Assembly: GCA_016776525.1 (NCBI GenBank)
Contig: JADHTD010000002.1
Coordinates: 1-32,318 of the forward strand
Source: Rhodospirillales bacterium
GTDB lineage: Bacteria > Pseudomonadota > Alphaproteobacteria > Rhodospirillales > JADHTD01
Direction of reading: 5' to 3'
Length of the DNA: 32,318 nt
Part shown: piece after piece, positions 1 to 9,332 of the stretch
Position numbering within the stretch: the stretch's first letter is position 1
Layout: each line of letters opens with the position of its first letter
Program-made: the position numbers and the translations under genes
The notes under the pieces: generated by a model
Database searches by the model: none
What the model was told of the DNA's origin: nothing
Seen by the model: only the letters and a program-made list of their open reading frames with translations

Positions 1-323
1 TGAAGCAGGCGAAACAGGTTCTCATGATCCCCCGCTATCCGGGCAACGCCCGCAAGGGGGCATCCATTTACAAGGCCGATTGCGCCCGCTGTCATGGGAA
101 AAAGGCATTGGGAACCGAGCGCGGACCGCGGCTCAGCGGCCAGCATATCCGCTATCTGTTGAAACAGATCGAAGACTTCCTGGCCGGCAACCGCCCCCAC
201 AAAAGCATCAAGGAACTGTTCGCCGGGCGGCCGGACGACGACATGTTGATGGTCATGGCCTTCCTCTCGACCCTGGACGACGGCGGCGGTGAAGACGACG
301 AAGATGACGAAGACGACGGTTGA
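1..323 (+). CDS. c-type cytochrome, C-terminal portion (5' end outside window)
   Basis: CxxCH haem motif (CARCHGK) in ORF 24..323. The frame stays open back to base 3, and the Met at 24 has no signal peptide, which a periplasmic cytochrome c needs, so the CDS is probably cut by the window edge. Ends in acidic tail DDGGGEDDEDDEDDG. Confidence 0.7.
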   Translation, partial: KQAKQVLMIPRYPGNARKGASIYKADCARCHGKKALGTERGPRLSGQHIRYLLKQIEDFLAGNRPHKSIKELFAGRPDDDMLMVMAFLSTLDDGGGEDDEDDEDDG

Positions 324-325
324 GG

Positions 326-766
326 TCAGGCAGCCGGTTGGCAAACGGCAAGAACGCGGTTTTCAAAAGAGCCGATGATTTGGCGTTCAATGCCTTGGGT
401 AAAAAGTCCGGTCACGGTTCCGGTTATCCCGGAGCGGAAGGACTGTTCCAGAGAGAAAGCGACCCGGGTCGCCTGATCATCAACGGCTTGGAACCGCCAG
501 TTGATTTCCAGCCTGCGGAAAGGACCGTCGACCGAACATATATGGATACCTTCCGGTTCATCAAAAACCGCTTCGGAACGGAATTTAGCCCGCATCCCGC
601 CGAGACCGAAAACATTATCCACCTGCATCCGGTCCCCATGCCGCTTGACGATGCGGGCGGCAATACAGAGGGGCAGGAATTCCGGATAGGATTCGATATC
701 GGCGGCGACGGCAAATAACTGATCCCGGCGGAAATTCCCGAATACTTTTTCGATGTGAACCCGCAT
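326..766 (-). CDS. SRPBCC/START-fold protein, COQ10 / RatA-like (polyketide cyclase-dehydrase family)
   Basis: 146-aa ORF. N-terminal pattern VAADIESYPEFLP and overall length are typical of the COQ10/RatA family. Lies 30 nt downstream of the UbiA gene on the same strand. Confidence 0.7.
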   Translation of the reverse strand: MRVHIEKVFGNFRRDQLFAVAADIESYPEFLPLCIAARIVKRHGDRMQVDNVFGLGGMRAKFRSEAVFDEPEGIHICSVDGPFRRLEINWRFQAVDDQATRVAFSLEQSFRSGITGTVTGLFTQGIERQIIGSFENRVLAVCQPAA

Positions 767-796
767 TGCGTCTTCTCCTGCCGTGGCCCGCTCACC

Positions 797-1762
797 TTAC
801 GAAGCAAGCCAGAGCGAAGCCCCGCCAACGGCGATCAGCCAAATGGTGCCCAAAGCATGAATGCCGAGCGTCCCTTCGATGGCTTTACGCAACGGCGCCG
901 GATCGGCTGAATCCACGGCGATTGCCGCCGATCCCTTGACGCCAAGGACAGTGAGCGTCACCGGCAGGATCAGGCACCATACGGGCAGCAAACCCCTGTC
1001 GGCAATGAGGCCGACGGCGGTCAGGCCGGCGGCCAGTAGCCCCACATAAAACCAGCGGCTTCCGGCCTTACCCAGCTTGACGGCAAGGGTCTGGCGGCCG
1101 GAGGCCTCATCAGCCTTTACATCGGGAACTTCGTTGATCATCAGGATGGCTACCACCCAGAAACTGGTCGGCAGGGAAATCAACAAGGCATCCGCCGTCA
1201 ACATGCCGGTCTGAAGCCAAACAGCCCCCATGATCGGCAGCACGCCGAAGGCAATACCGACGGCAATCTCGCCCAGGCCCCGGCCGCTGAGCCGGACCGG
1301 CGGCGCCGAATAAAGCACCGCCAGGGCCACCCCGATAACGCCGAAGGCGGCAACCATCAGGCCCTTATAAGCGATCAGCGCCAACCCGGACCCAAGGCCG
1401 AGGGCCAGCAACAGCCAGCCCCAGCGGGCCATCTGCCCGACATCCATTATGCCGTTCTGAATGAAACGCGATCCGCCCGTGTAAGGGTAGATGCGTCCTT
1501 CGTTTGGTCCATCGTTACCGGTCAGGTCGTCATAGACATCGTTGAGCACATTGGCGGCGGCATGCACGAAAACGATGGCCGCCAGGCTCAGGATAAAAGC
1601 GACGGCGTCGATGCTGCCGGCCTGGATGGCGCCCCACAGGCTGCCGAGTATCAGGGGCAGCACGGAAGCGGTAAAAAATTTCGGCCGCGTCGCCAGGAAC
1701 AGGCGGCGGGCGATTTGGGACGGTGCGCGTCCGCCCAGGGCTGTAATAGTCGGTTCAGTCAC
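797..1762 (-). CDS. UbiA-family aromatic prenyltransferase (MenA-like)
   Basis: 321-aa polytopic membrane ORF with GTG start. Asp-rich motif NVLNDVYDDLTGND (NxxxDxxxD type) and N-terminal ATRPKFFTASVLP are typical of the MenA/UbiA family. Confidence 0.8.
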   Translation of the reverse strand: MTEPTITALGGRAPSQIARRLFLATRPKFFTASVLPLILGSLWGAIQAGSIDAVAFILSLAAIVFVHAAANVLNDVYDDLTGNDGPNEGRIYPYTGGSRFIQNGIMDVGQMARWGWLLLALGLGSGLALIAYKGLMVAAFGVIGVALAVLYSAPPVRLSGRGLGEIAVGIAFGVLPIMGAVWLQTGMLTADALLISLPTSFWVVAILMINEVPDVKADEASGRQTLAVKLGKAGSRWFYVGLLAAGLTAVGLIADRGLLPVWCLILPVTLTVLGVKGSAAIAVDSADPAPLRKAIEGTLGIHALGTIWLIAVGGASLWLAS

Positions 1763-1906
1763 GGGTATTAGCTTCTTTCTGGCAGGTTTTGTGGGCTCCG
1801 GAACAGGCTCAAAGAGCCTGTGGTTTTCCGACGGAGTGATACCATAATGCAGGCCCGCCGGAAAGAAATTGGCCTAAATCAAGCCCCCCAATATCGGACA
1901 CGGGAA

Positions 1907-4237
1907 TTAGGGCCCGGCGGCCCCTTCTATGGCCCGCCACACCCGTTCCGGCGTCAACGGCATTTCCAGATGGCGGATTCCCAGCGGCGCCAAGGCGTCG
2001 TTGACGGCATTCATCACCGCCGCCAGGGAACCGACCGTGCCGCATTCACCGGCGCCTTTGACGCCTAAGGGATTGGTCGGCGTCGGCACCGGGTGGCTGC
2101 CGGTTTTTACCTCACAGAAATTGCGGGCCCGCGGCATGCCGTAATCCATGAAGGAGCCGGTCAGCACCTGGCCAGTGACTTCGTCATGGATCAAGTGTTC
2201 CATCAGCGCCTGTCCGGCCCCCTGGGCGATACCGCCCAGAACTTGGCCCTTGACCAGCAGCGGATTGAGCTCGGTGCCGACATCGGAAAAAGCCGTATAG
2301 TCGACGATCTCGACCGTGCCTGTGGCCGGGTCGATCTCAACTTCACAAACATGGCAGCCGTTCGGGAAATTGGATTTCTTAGGACTGTAATGGGCCACTT
2401 CTGCCAGCCCCGGCTCCAGGTCCGGCGGCAGTTTGGCAGAATTGAAGGCCGCCGCCACCATGTCGGCAAACGGCATCACCCGGTTGGTCCCTTTAACGGC
2501 GAAACGGCCGTCCTCGAAAACGATTTCCTCATTTTCCACCGCTTCCAGCAGGTGGGCGGCGATTTGGCGGCCCTTGGCGACGGTTTTGTTGACCGCTTCC
2601 AGCACTGCGGAAGTGCCGATGGTGGCCGTACGCGAACCGCCGGTGCCGGTGCCGAAAGCCAGCTTGTCCGTATCGCCTTCGATGACGCGGATATCACCCG
2701 GTTCCAATCCCAGTTTTTCACAGACCAGTTGCTTGTAGATGGTCTCATGCCCCTGGCCGTGGGGCGCCGAACCGACCAACAGGGTCAGCGTGCCGGACGG
2801 ATCAAAACGCATCTCGGCAGTTTCCGGCTGCGGGGCGGCTGCCTGTTCGATGGAACACGAAACGCCGATGCCCCGCAACTTGCCCTCAACGGCGGCAGCC
2901 TGTCGGCGGCCCTCAAAAGAACCGTATTCCGATGTGGTCAGCCCCTTGTCCATAAGCGCCTCGAACTCGCCGCTGTCATAGGTGAAGGTTAGCGCCGTCT
3001 TATACGGCATGGCCTCGGGCGGGATGAAGTTGCGGCGGCGCAGTTCCGTCGGGTCCAGGTCCAGCTCGGCAGCCGCAATGTGGATCATGCGTTCAATGAT
3101 ATAGGTTGCTTCCGGCCGCCCCGCCCCCCGGTAAGGAGAGGTCGGGTTGGTGTTGGTCATCACCCCGGCGACCCGGGAATGGATGGCCGGTATGGTGTAA
3201 ACACCGGCCAGCGATCCCACGTTCAAGACCGGCGGACCGATGCCGAGGAAGGAGACATAAGCCCCCATGTTGGCGTTGGTGGTAACCCTGAGGCCTAAGA
3301 ACCTGCCGTCCTCATCGAGGGCCAGTTCGGCCTCGCTGACATTGTCGCGGCCATGATCGTCGGAAATAAACCCCTCGCTGCGTTCGCAAATCCATTTGAC
3401 CGGGCGGGCAACTTTTTTCGAGGCCCAGGCCACCAGGGGGTATTCCGGATAGATCGAACCCTTCATGCCAAACGATCCGCCGACGTCACCGGTGATCAGG
3501 CTGAGTTTGTTTTCCGCAATCTTTAGAATGTTCTTGGTGATGGCCGCCCGCCAGGCATAGGGCCTTTGGTGGCCGACATGGATGGTATAACGGTCTTCGC
3601 CCGCATCATATCTGGCAACGGCGCCGCGCGGTTCGATGGTATTGGCGCTGACCCGGCTGATGATGAATTTCTGGCGAATGACGTGGGGGGCTTCGGCCAG
3701 GGCGGTTTCGACGGCGTCACCATCACCAGCTTCAAAAAAGAAGGCTTCATTATCGGGGCAATCCTCCCAGATTGCCTCAGAACCGGGCTGATTGGCGGTT
3801 TCCGTGGGCAGAACTGCTGGAAGCGATGCGTAATCGACAACGATCTGTTCGGCGGCGTCTTTGGCCTGGCCCACCGTTTCGGCAATGACCAGGGCGACCG
3901 ACTGGCCCACATGACGGACCCGGTCGCGGGTCAGGGCCGGGCGCGGCGGACGGTACATGGGCGAACCGTCCCGGCGCTGGCGGGGCGACGGGCCCAAAAT
4001 ATCCCCCAGGCCGTCGGCGGCATATTCCTCACCGGTGAGCACTGCCAATACGCCCGGCATGGATCGGGCGGCATCGGTATCGATGGATCGGATATCCGCG
4101 TGGGCATATGGCGATCGCAGAAAAACGGCATAGGCCTGGTTGGGAAACGATACGTCGTCGGTAAACCTGCCGTTGCCGGTCAGTAAGCGCGGATCTTCCG
4201 TCCGCGGCACCGGCTGCCCAATCGCAAATTGTCCCAT
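1907..4237 (-). CDS. molybdopterin-binding large subunit of the xanthine dehydrogenase / CO dehydrogenase (CoxL form-II-like) family
   Basis: 776-aa ORF. N-terminus IGQPVPRTEDPRLLTG and active-site loop PYRGAGRPEA (AYRGAGR-type, not the form-I AYxCSFR). ATG at 4237 confirmed on the minus strand. Confidence 0.85.
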   Translation of the reverse strand: MGQFAIGQPVPRTEDPRLLTGNGRFTDDVSFPNQAYAVFLRSPYAHADIRSIDTDAARSMPGVLAVLTGEEYAADGLGDILGPSPRQRRDGSPMYRPPRPALTRDRVRHVGQSVALVIAETVGQAKDAAEQIVVDYASLPAVLPTETANQPGSEAIWEDCPDNEAFFFEAGDGDAVETALAEAPHVIRQKFIISRVSANTIEPRGAVARYDAGEDRYTIHVGHQRPYAWRAAITKNILKIAENKLSLITGDVGGSFGMKGSIYPEYPLVAWASKKVARPVKWICERSEGFISDDHGRDNVSEAELALDEDGRFLGLRVTTNANMGAYVSFLGIGPPVLNVGSLAGVYTIPAIHSRVAGVMTNTNPTSPYRGAGRPEATYIIERMIHIAAAELDLDPTELRRRNFIPPEAMPYKTALTFTYDSGEFEALMDKGLTTSEYGSFEGRRQAAAVEGKLRGIGVSCSIEQAAAPQPETAEMRFDPSGTLTLLVGSAPHGQGHETIYKQLVCEKLGLEPGDIRVIEGDTDKLAFGTGTGGSRTATIGTSAVLEAVNKTVAKGRQIAAHLLEAVENEEIVFEDGRFAVKGTNRVMPFADMVAAAFNSAKLPPDLEPGLAEVAHYSPKKSNFPNGCHVCEVEIDPATGTVEIVDYTAFSDVGTELNPLLVKGQVLGGIAQGAGQALMEHLIHDEVTGQVLTGSFMDYGMPRARNFCEVKTGSHPVPTPTNPLGVKGAGECGTVGSLAAVMNAVNDALAPLGIRHLEMPLTPERVWRAIEGAAGP

Positions 4238-4377
4238 TTATTCCCCCGTATATTTTGGAATTACCGAACGGTATCGCATCATATCAGCCTGTCGCATCAT
4301 TAAAAGTTTGCAGGCAGGCCGGAGATGACTTACCACATTGACCGCTCACCATATGACAATCTTGCGGAGAGAAAGCA

Positions 4378-5100
4378 ATGCCCGACCGCTTCGGCCCGCG
4401 CGGTGTCATCGCCCTGATGATCCCCCTGCAAAACGCCAACATGCAACCCGAATACGAAGCCCTGCGCCCGGCGGGCATCAACAACCAGATTTTCCGCTTT
4501 ACCCTGGAAGTCGCCGACCGTGTCCCCGACGCCGTCTTACGCGCCATTGAGGGAACCCTCGGCTGCTGGCCGGATATGGTGGTGGTCGGCAATTCCGTGG
4601 AAATGCGGGTGTGGACTCCGGATCAGCATGCCGCGTATCGGGCCAAGCTTCAGGAAAAGATCGGCGACGTGCCCCTGGTGACGGCGACCGATGCCACTGT
4701 CGGGGCACTAAAGACCATCGGCGCCAAACGCATCGCCGTCATCTCCCCGATGTCCGATACCTATTCCAAAAGCGTCCGGGATTACTACCGGACGGTAGGC
4801 TTCGACGTGCCGTACCATGCCGGGCTGCAAGTCAAGAAACCGCAGGACATTATCAAGATCGGCTATGCCGAGGCCCGCGACGCCTTCCAAAAACTTGACC
4901 ATGACGATGTCGATACTTTCCTGCATGTGGGCGGGGCGCTGGGTATCATCGATATGCTGGAAGACCTGGAAAAGGAATTCGGCCGGCCCATCGTTTCGGT
5001 CAATGCGTCGACGTACTGGTATGCGCTGCGAAAGCTCGGCATTACCGATCCGCTGCCCGGGTACGGCCAATTGCTGCAAATGGCGGCCATTTCGGAATAA
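4378..5100 (+). CDS. Asp/Glu/hydantoin racemase superfamily protein (maleate isomerase / arylmalonate decarboxylase-like fold)
   Basis: 240-aa ORF with RBS GGAGAG upstream. N-terminal IALMIPLQNANMQPEYE resembles the IVPSSNTTMExE motif of maleate isomerase-like proteins. Only one Cys in the whole protein. Confidence 0.55.
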   Translation: MPDRFGPRGVIALMIPLQNANMQPEYEALRPAGINNQIFRFTLEVADRVPDAVLRAIEGTLGCWPDMVVVGNSVEMRVWTPDQHAAYRAKLQEKIGDVPLVTATDATVGALKTIGAKRIAVISPMSDTYSKSVRDYYRTVGFDVPYHAGLQVKKPQDIIKIGYAEARDAFQKLDHDDVDTFLHVGGALGIIDMLEDLEKEFGRPIVSVNASTYWYALRKLGITDPLPGYGQLLQMAAISE

Positions 5101-5163
5101 AAATACCTGTTGGCCGGTATCCGGCTGTTGCGGCACCTGCGGTCCTATTGACGAGGATTTTCT

Positions 5164-6243
5164 CTAGGCCCCGGAACCGACGCTCACCTTGGCTTTTTTC
5201 CGGATGCGGGCCGTTTTCTTCGGTTTGGCTGCCGGTTTGACGGTGATTTTCGCCTTCGGCTTAGGCTTGGTTTTGCTTTTCAGAACGGCTTTCCGTTTCG
5301 GGGCCGTCTTGGCCACGGCTGATTGCTCAACCGCTTTGGGCTTGGATGTGACCTTGGCCTTGATCTTCGCCTTGGGATCGAGCAACAGCGGTTTGCGGGC
5401 GATGAGTTCCTTGTTGAGCAGCCGCAGCATCATACCGGCATCAAAAGGCCGGTTGGCCGGGGCCCGGTTCAGCGACCGCATAATCAGGTTGGAAACGCCC
5501 CGCGGAATTTCCGGCACCATCTTGTGGGGCGGCGGGAAAGCCCCCACCGGCAGGGTGCCGGTCAACATCCGGTAAGCCAGGGCTCCCGCCGAATAAACAT
5601 CGGCATGGGCATCGACCTCGCGGGCGCTGCGCCGCTGTTCCGGAGCGATGTAATCGAGGGTGCCGATCCAGATTCCGGACCGTGAATGGGACGAGGTTTC
5701 GGGTTGCTTGACCATGCCGAAATCGCACAGTTTCACCGATCCGCCGCCTTTTTCCGTCAGCAACACATTGCCCGGCTTGATGTCCCGGTGGACCAGCCCT
5801 TTGTGGTGCAGGAAAGCCAGAGCGGCCAGCACTTGGCGCAAAACGGTGATCGCCCGTTTGACCGCCAGACGGCGGGGCCGCCATTGCGGTTTCAGTTTGG
5901 CGATGCCTTCTTCGTCGAAGACATCCTTGCCGATCTCGTAAATAAGATTGGCCGGGTAATAAGGCATCACGAAAAAGGGCTTGTCATCTTCGGTAAAAGC
6001 CAGATCGCGGACCGCAACGATATAAGGATGGTCGAGGCGGGCCAGCAGGCGGGCTTCTTCGATAAAACGGGCCCGCCAGACCTTGGGGCCGTACTTTGCC
6101 TTTTTGCCGACGTTCTTTCCCTTGGGGTTGAAGACCTTGATGGCGACATCCGCATCCAGGACCGGATCCTGACACAGATAGATGTCGGAAAAATCCGTTT
6201 TGACCAACCCGGAAATGACCGTGTATTTACCGATTTGCTTCAT
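5164..6243 (-). CDS. Hanks-type Ser/Thr protein kinase with Lys/Pro/Ala-rich C-terminal tail
   Basis: VAIK (VAIKVF), catalytic loop HRDIKPGNVLL, DFG (CDFGMVK) and APE (YIAPEQ) are all present. The last ~75 aa are KPKAK-type basic repeats. Confidence 0.85.
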   Translation of the reverse strand: MKQIGKYTVISGLVKTDFSDIYLCQDPVLDADVAIKVFNPKGKNVGKKAKYGPKVWRARFIEEARLLARLDHPYIVAVRDLAFTEDDKPFFVMPYYPANLIYEIGKDVFDEEGIAKLKPQWRPRRLAVKRAITVLRQVLAALAFLHHKGLVHRDIKPGNVLLTEKGGGSVKLCDFGMVKQPETSSHSRSGIWIGTLDYIAPEQRRSAREVDAHADVYSAGALAYRMLTGTLPVGAFPPPHKMVPEIPRGVSNLIMRSLNRAPANRPFDAGMMLRLLNKELIARKPLLLDPKAKIKAKVTSKPKAVEQSAVAKTAPKRKAVLKSKTKPKPKAKITVKPAAKPKKTARIRKKAKVSVGSGA

Positions 6244-6492
6244 AGACCGATCGCCCGGACCCTATCATACATGCGTGTTCCGCCTGAACTGTGCCAAACC
6301 TGCGGGACAAAGACAATCTCAACTCTGATTACGGACGTTGTGACGGCAATTCCCATTAATAGAGAAATTTCCAAAGATTTCGCCCGATTGCCGATTGGGG
6401 CTTTATGAGTATCATTTTGTAAAGGTACAATTGCCGAAGGGATAAATTTCAACTCCGCAGAATAATACCAAACGATAAGACAGGGGAATGAC

Positions 6493-6948
6493 ATGCCGTT
6501 AACAGAATTGCACCACTGCTCGATCAGGACCGAAAAAGCAAAAATGGACGAAACCCGGGATTTCTATGTCGATATCCTGGGCATGCAGGTGGGTGACCGG
6601 CCGCCCTTCCCCTTCCCTGGCTACTGGCTCTATGTGGGCAAGCAGGCCGTAATCCATATCGTCGGCATTGATCCGGACGACCCGCAGGGACTGCTCGATT
6701 ATCTTGGCCAGGACCGCATCGACAGCCTCACCGGCGGCGGCGCCGTCGATCATCTGGCTTTCAATTCAGTGGAGCCGGAGGAACTTCTCGACAGGCTGAA
6801 AGCCACCGGCTACCCGTATTTCGAACGCAAGGTGCCCAATATGAACCTGTTCCAGATCTTTCTCGACGATCCCAACGGCATCACCATCGAATTGAACTAT
6901 TTCGATAATGCGGGCGACCCCGGCGCCAAGAACATTTACGACAGCTAA
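6493..6948 (+). CDS. VOC (glyoxalase / bleomycin resistance / extradiol dioxygenase) family protein
   Basis: 151-aa ORF. LHHCSIRT...FYVDILGM start and DHLAF...GITIELNY end are typical of a single VOC domain. RBS AGGGGA upstream. Confidence 0.7.
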   Translation: MPLTELHHCSIRTEKAKMDETRDFYVDILGMQVGDRPPFPFPGYWLYVGKQAVIHIVGIDPDDPQGLLDYLGQDRIDSLTGGGAVDHLAFNSVEPEELLDRLKATGYPYFERKVPNMNLFQIFLDDPNGITIELNYFDNAGDPGAKNIYDS

Positions 6949-6964
6949 AACAAGGGTGCATTCC

Positions 6965-8161
6965 ATGAGCAGCTTCGATTTGACGGCCCGCGCCAGCGAG
7001 CGCCAAGAAATGATCCGCCGGGCCTGGGACTTGGTGCCGGCCATTGCCGACCGGGCAGCAGAGACAGAAAACCTGCGCCAGTTGCACCCTGATACGGTCC
7101 GCGACTTCCACGAAACCGGACTTTGGAAAATCGTTCAGCCGGCCCGTATCGGCGGCGGCGAGTTCGATTACGGTTTGATTGTCGAGATCACCGATATCGT
7201 CGGCCGCGGCTGCGGGTCTACCGGCTGGCTGTTCTCCAACCTGTCCAGCCATCACTGGATGATGGCCCAGTGGCCGGAACAGGCGCAAAACGTTGTCTGG
7301 AGCGATAACCCGGACACCCTGATCGCTACCTCGCTGATCTATCCGGCGGGAAAGCTGACACCGGTCGACGGCGGCTATGAACTGACCGGTCGCTGGCCGT
7401 TTTGCAGCGGCATCGACATCTGCGACTGGATCATGGTCGGCGCCCTGGTGCAGACCGATGACGGCCCGCCGGAACCGCGCATGGTGGTGGTCGCCAAATC
7501 CGACCTGGAACTGATCGACACCTGGCAGGTCTCGGGGCTGGCCGGTACCGGCAGTAAAGATACCGCCTGTGAGAAGCTGTTCATCCCCGATCACATGACG
7601 CTGGGTGCCCGCGAGGTCCGGGGCGATCCGACGCCGGGAGCCGCGGTCAACCCGTCGCCTCTCTACCGGATGCCGGTGCTGGCCCTGTTCTCGCACCTCA
7701 TATCCGGGCCCATCCTCGGTATGGCGGCGGGCCTCAACGATTCAGCGCTGGACTTCTTCAAGGCCCGTGTCTCCGCCTATAACGCCTCCAAGGTCGCCGA
7801 CCACACCACCGTGCATCTTAAACTGGCCAAAGCCGGCGTCATGATCGACAGCGCCCGCCTGCTGCTCAAGGACAACTGCCGGGAAGCCGCCGAGTTTGCC
7901 TGGGCGGGCACGATGCCCCCCGATGAAGCGAAAATGCGCTGGCGGCGCGATTCGGCTTATGCGGCGCAGCTCTGCGGCAAAGCCGGAAGCATGCTGTTCC
8001 ATGCCTGCGGCGGCAGCGGCATCTACGACAAGAGCCCCCTGCAACGCCAACTGCGCGACCTCAACGCCGGCATGGTCCACATCGGCGTTTCCTTCGACGT
8101 CAACGGCGTCGGCTACGGACGCGTTGCCTTGGGCCTGGAACCGGACAATCCCAACGTCTGA
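6965..8161 (+). CDS. acyl-CoA-dehydrogenase-fold flavin-dependent monooxygenase, oxygenase component (HsaA / HpaH-C2-like)
   Basis: The ORF runs from 6908, but that start overlaps the VOC gene. The ATG at 6965 (MSSFDLTARA) is preferred. Pattern AETENLRQLHPDTVRDFHETGLWKIVQPARIGGGE...GGYELTGRWPFCSG fits the two-component monooxygenase oxygenase subunit. Confidence 0.7.
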   Translation: MSSFDLTARASERQEMIRRAWDLVPAIADRAAETENLRQLHPDTVRDFHETGLWKIVQPARIGGGEFDYGLIVEITDIVGRGCGSTGWLFSNLSSHHWMMAQWPEQAQNVVWSDNPDTLIATSLIYPAGKLTPVDGGYELTGRWPFCSGIDICDWIMVGALVQTDDGPPEPRMVVVAKSDLELIDTWQVSGLAGTGSKDTACEKLFIPDHMTLGAREVRGDPTPGAAVNPSPLYRMPVLALFSHLISGPILGMAAGLNDSALDFFKARVSAYNASKVADHTTVHLKLAKAGVMIDSARLLLKDNCREAAEFAWAGTMPPDEAKMRWRRDSAYAAQLCGKAGSMLFHACGGSGIYDKSPLQRQLRDLNAGMVHIGVSFDVNGVGYGRVALGLEPDNPNV

Positions 8162-8298
8162 TCCGGTCATCGGTGTTTACAAAAATGTGACGACAGTGCG
8201 TTCGGCATGCATGGATGTTTCGCCGGTTAGGTGCTATATGCACTTTTAGCCAAACCCTTTTCGACAAACCATAACCAGCACTCTTGGGGGAGAGAATT

Positions 8299-9282
8299 AT
8301 GGAACACCGCAAACTCGGCAACAGCGATCTCAGCGTCACCGCCATCGGCCTCGGCTGCATGGGCATGTCGACGGCCTACGGCGAACGCGACGACGATGAA
8401 TCCATCGCCACCATCCACCATGCCATCGAACGCGGCATCAATTTCCTCGACACTTCGGACTCTTACGGTAAAGGCGCCAACGAAGAGTTGCTTTGCAAAG
8501 CTCTTGAGGGTAAGCGCGACAAGGTGATCCTGGCTTCCAAGTTCGGCAACGTGCGCCAAGACGACGGCTCCCTGGCCATCAAAGGGTCGGCCGAATACGT
8601 CAAGGAAGCCTGCGAAGCCAGCCTCAAGCGGCTCGGCACCGACGTTATCGACCTTTATTACCAGCACCGGGTCGATACCACCGTGCCCATCGAGGACACC
8701 GTCGGCGCCATGGCCCGCCTGATCGAGGAAGGCAAGGTCCGTTACCTGGGGCTTTCCGAAGCCGGTATGGAAACGGTACGGCGCGCCAACGCCACCCACC
8801 CCATCGTCGCCCTGCAAACGGAATATTCCCTGTGGACCCGGGAAATGGAGAACGACCTCATTCCGCTGTGCCGGGAACTGGACATCAGTTACGTCGCCTA
8901 TTCGCCTCTGGGCCGCGGTTTCCTGACCGGCACCATCAAATCCATAGATGATTTTGTCGACTCCGACCGCCGCAAGGACCACCCCCGCTTCCATCAGGAG
9001 AATTTCGACAAGAACATGGCCCTGGTTGCCGCCGTCGAAGAGGTGGCCGCCGCCAAGGATTGTCTGCCGGCACAGGTAGCCCTGGCCTGGGTGCTGTCGA
9101 AGGGCCGGGACATCGTGCCCATTCCTGGTACCAAGCACCGCAAATACCTGGACCAGAATATCGATGCCGTCGATATCAAGCTCAGCGATGAGGAAATTGC
9201 CCGTCTGGAGGAAACCTTCACCGTCGGAGCTACCTCCGGTGACCGCTACCCGCCGGGCATGATGAAGCGGATCGGAGTCTAA
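8299..9282 (+). CDS. aldo/keto reductase
   Basis: [24 protein letters not shown]...FLDTSDSYG...DLYYQHRVD...IPGTK are classic AKR motifs. ATG at 8299 follows GGGAGAG. The track ORF begins at an upstream TTG (8284). Confidence 0.85.
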   Translation: MEHRKLGNSDLSVTAIGLGCMGMSTAYGERDDDESIATIHHAIERGINFLDTSDSYGKGANEELLCKALEGKRDKVILASKFGNVRQDDGSLAIKGSAEYVKEACEASLKRLGTDVIDLYYQHRVDTTVPIEDTVGAMARLIEEGKVRYLGLSEAGMETVRRANATHPIVALQTEYSLWTREMENDLIPLCRELDISYVAYSPLGRGFLTGTIKSIDDFVDSDRRKDHPRFHQENFDKNMALVAAVEEVAAAKDCLPAQVALAWVLSKGRDIVPIPGTKHRKYLDQNIDAVDIKLSDEEIARLEETFTVGATSGDRYPPGMMKRIGV

Positions 9283-9301
9283 GACTCCTTATAAGGAATA
9301 T

Positions 9302-9332
9302 CCGGCGAAATATTTTTTGCAGTATTTCGCCG
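9302..9332 (+). terminator. stem-loop downstream of the AKR gene
   Basis: CCGGCGAAATA / TATTTCGCCGG is an 11-bp perfect stem. The trailing sequence (CTTTCCCC) is only weakly T-rich. Confidence 0.5.

Noticed and set aside
1803-1823. Hairpin ACAGGCTC-AAA-GAGCCTGT between the Mo-hydroxylase and the UbiA gene, as a possible terminator.
   Set aside because: On the minus strand, which is the transcribed one, it is not followed by a U-run. The short T-tract appears only on the plus strand, where no gene ends. Left unannotated.
6908-6964. Upstream start (6908) for the flavin monooxygenase, giving a 41-nt overlap with the VOC gene.
   Set aside because: The extra 19 residues (MRATPAPRTFTTAKTRVHS) are non-conserved-looking. 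The ATG at 6965 lies just after the VOC stop and is the simpler model.
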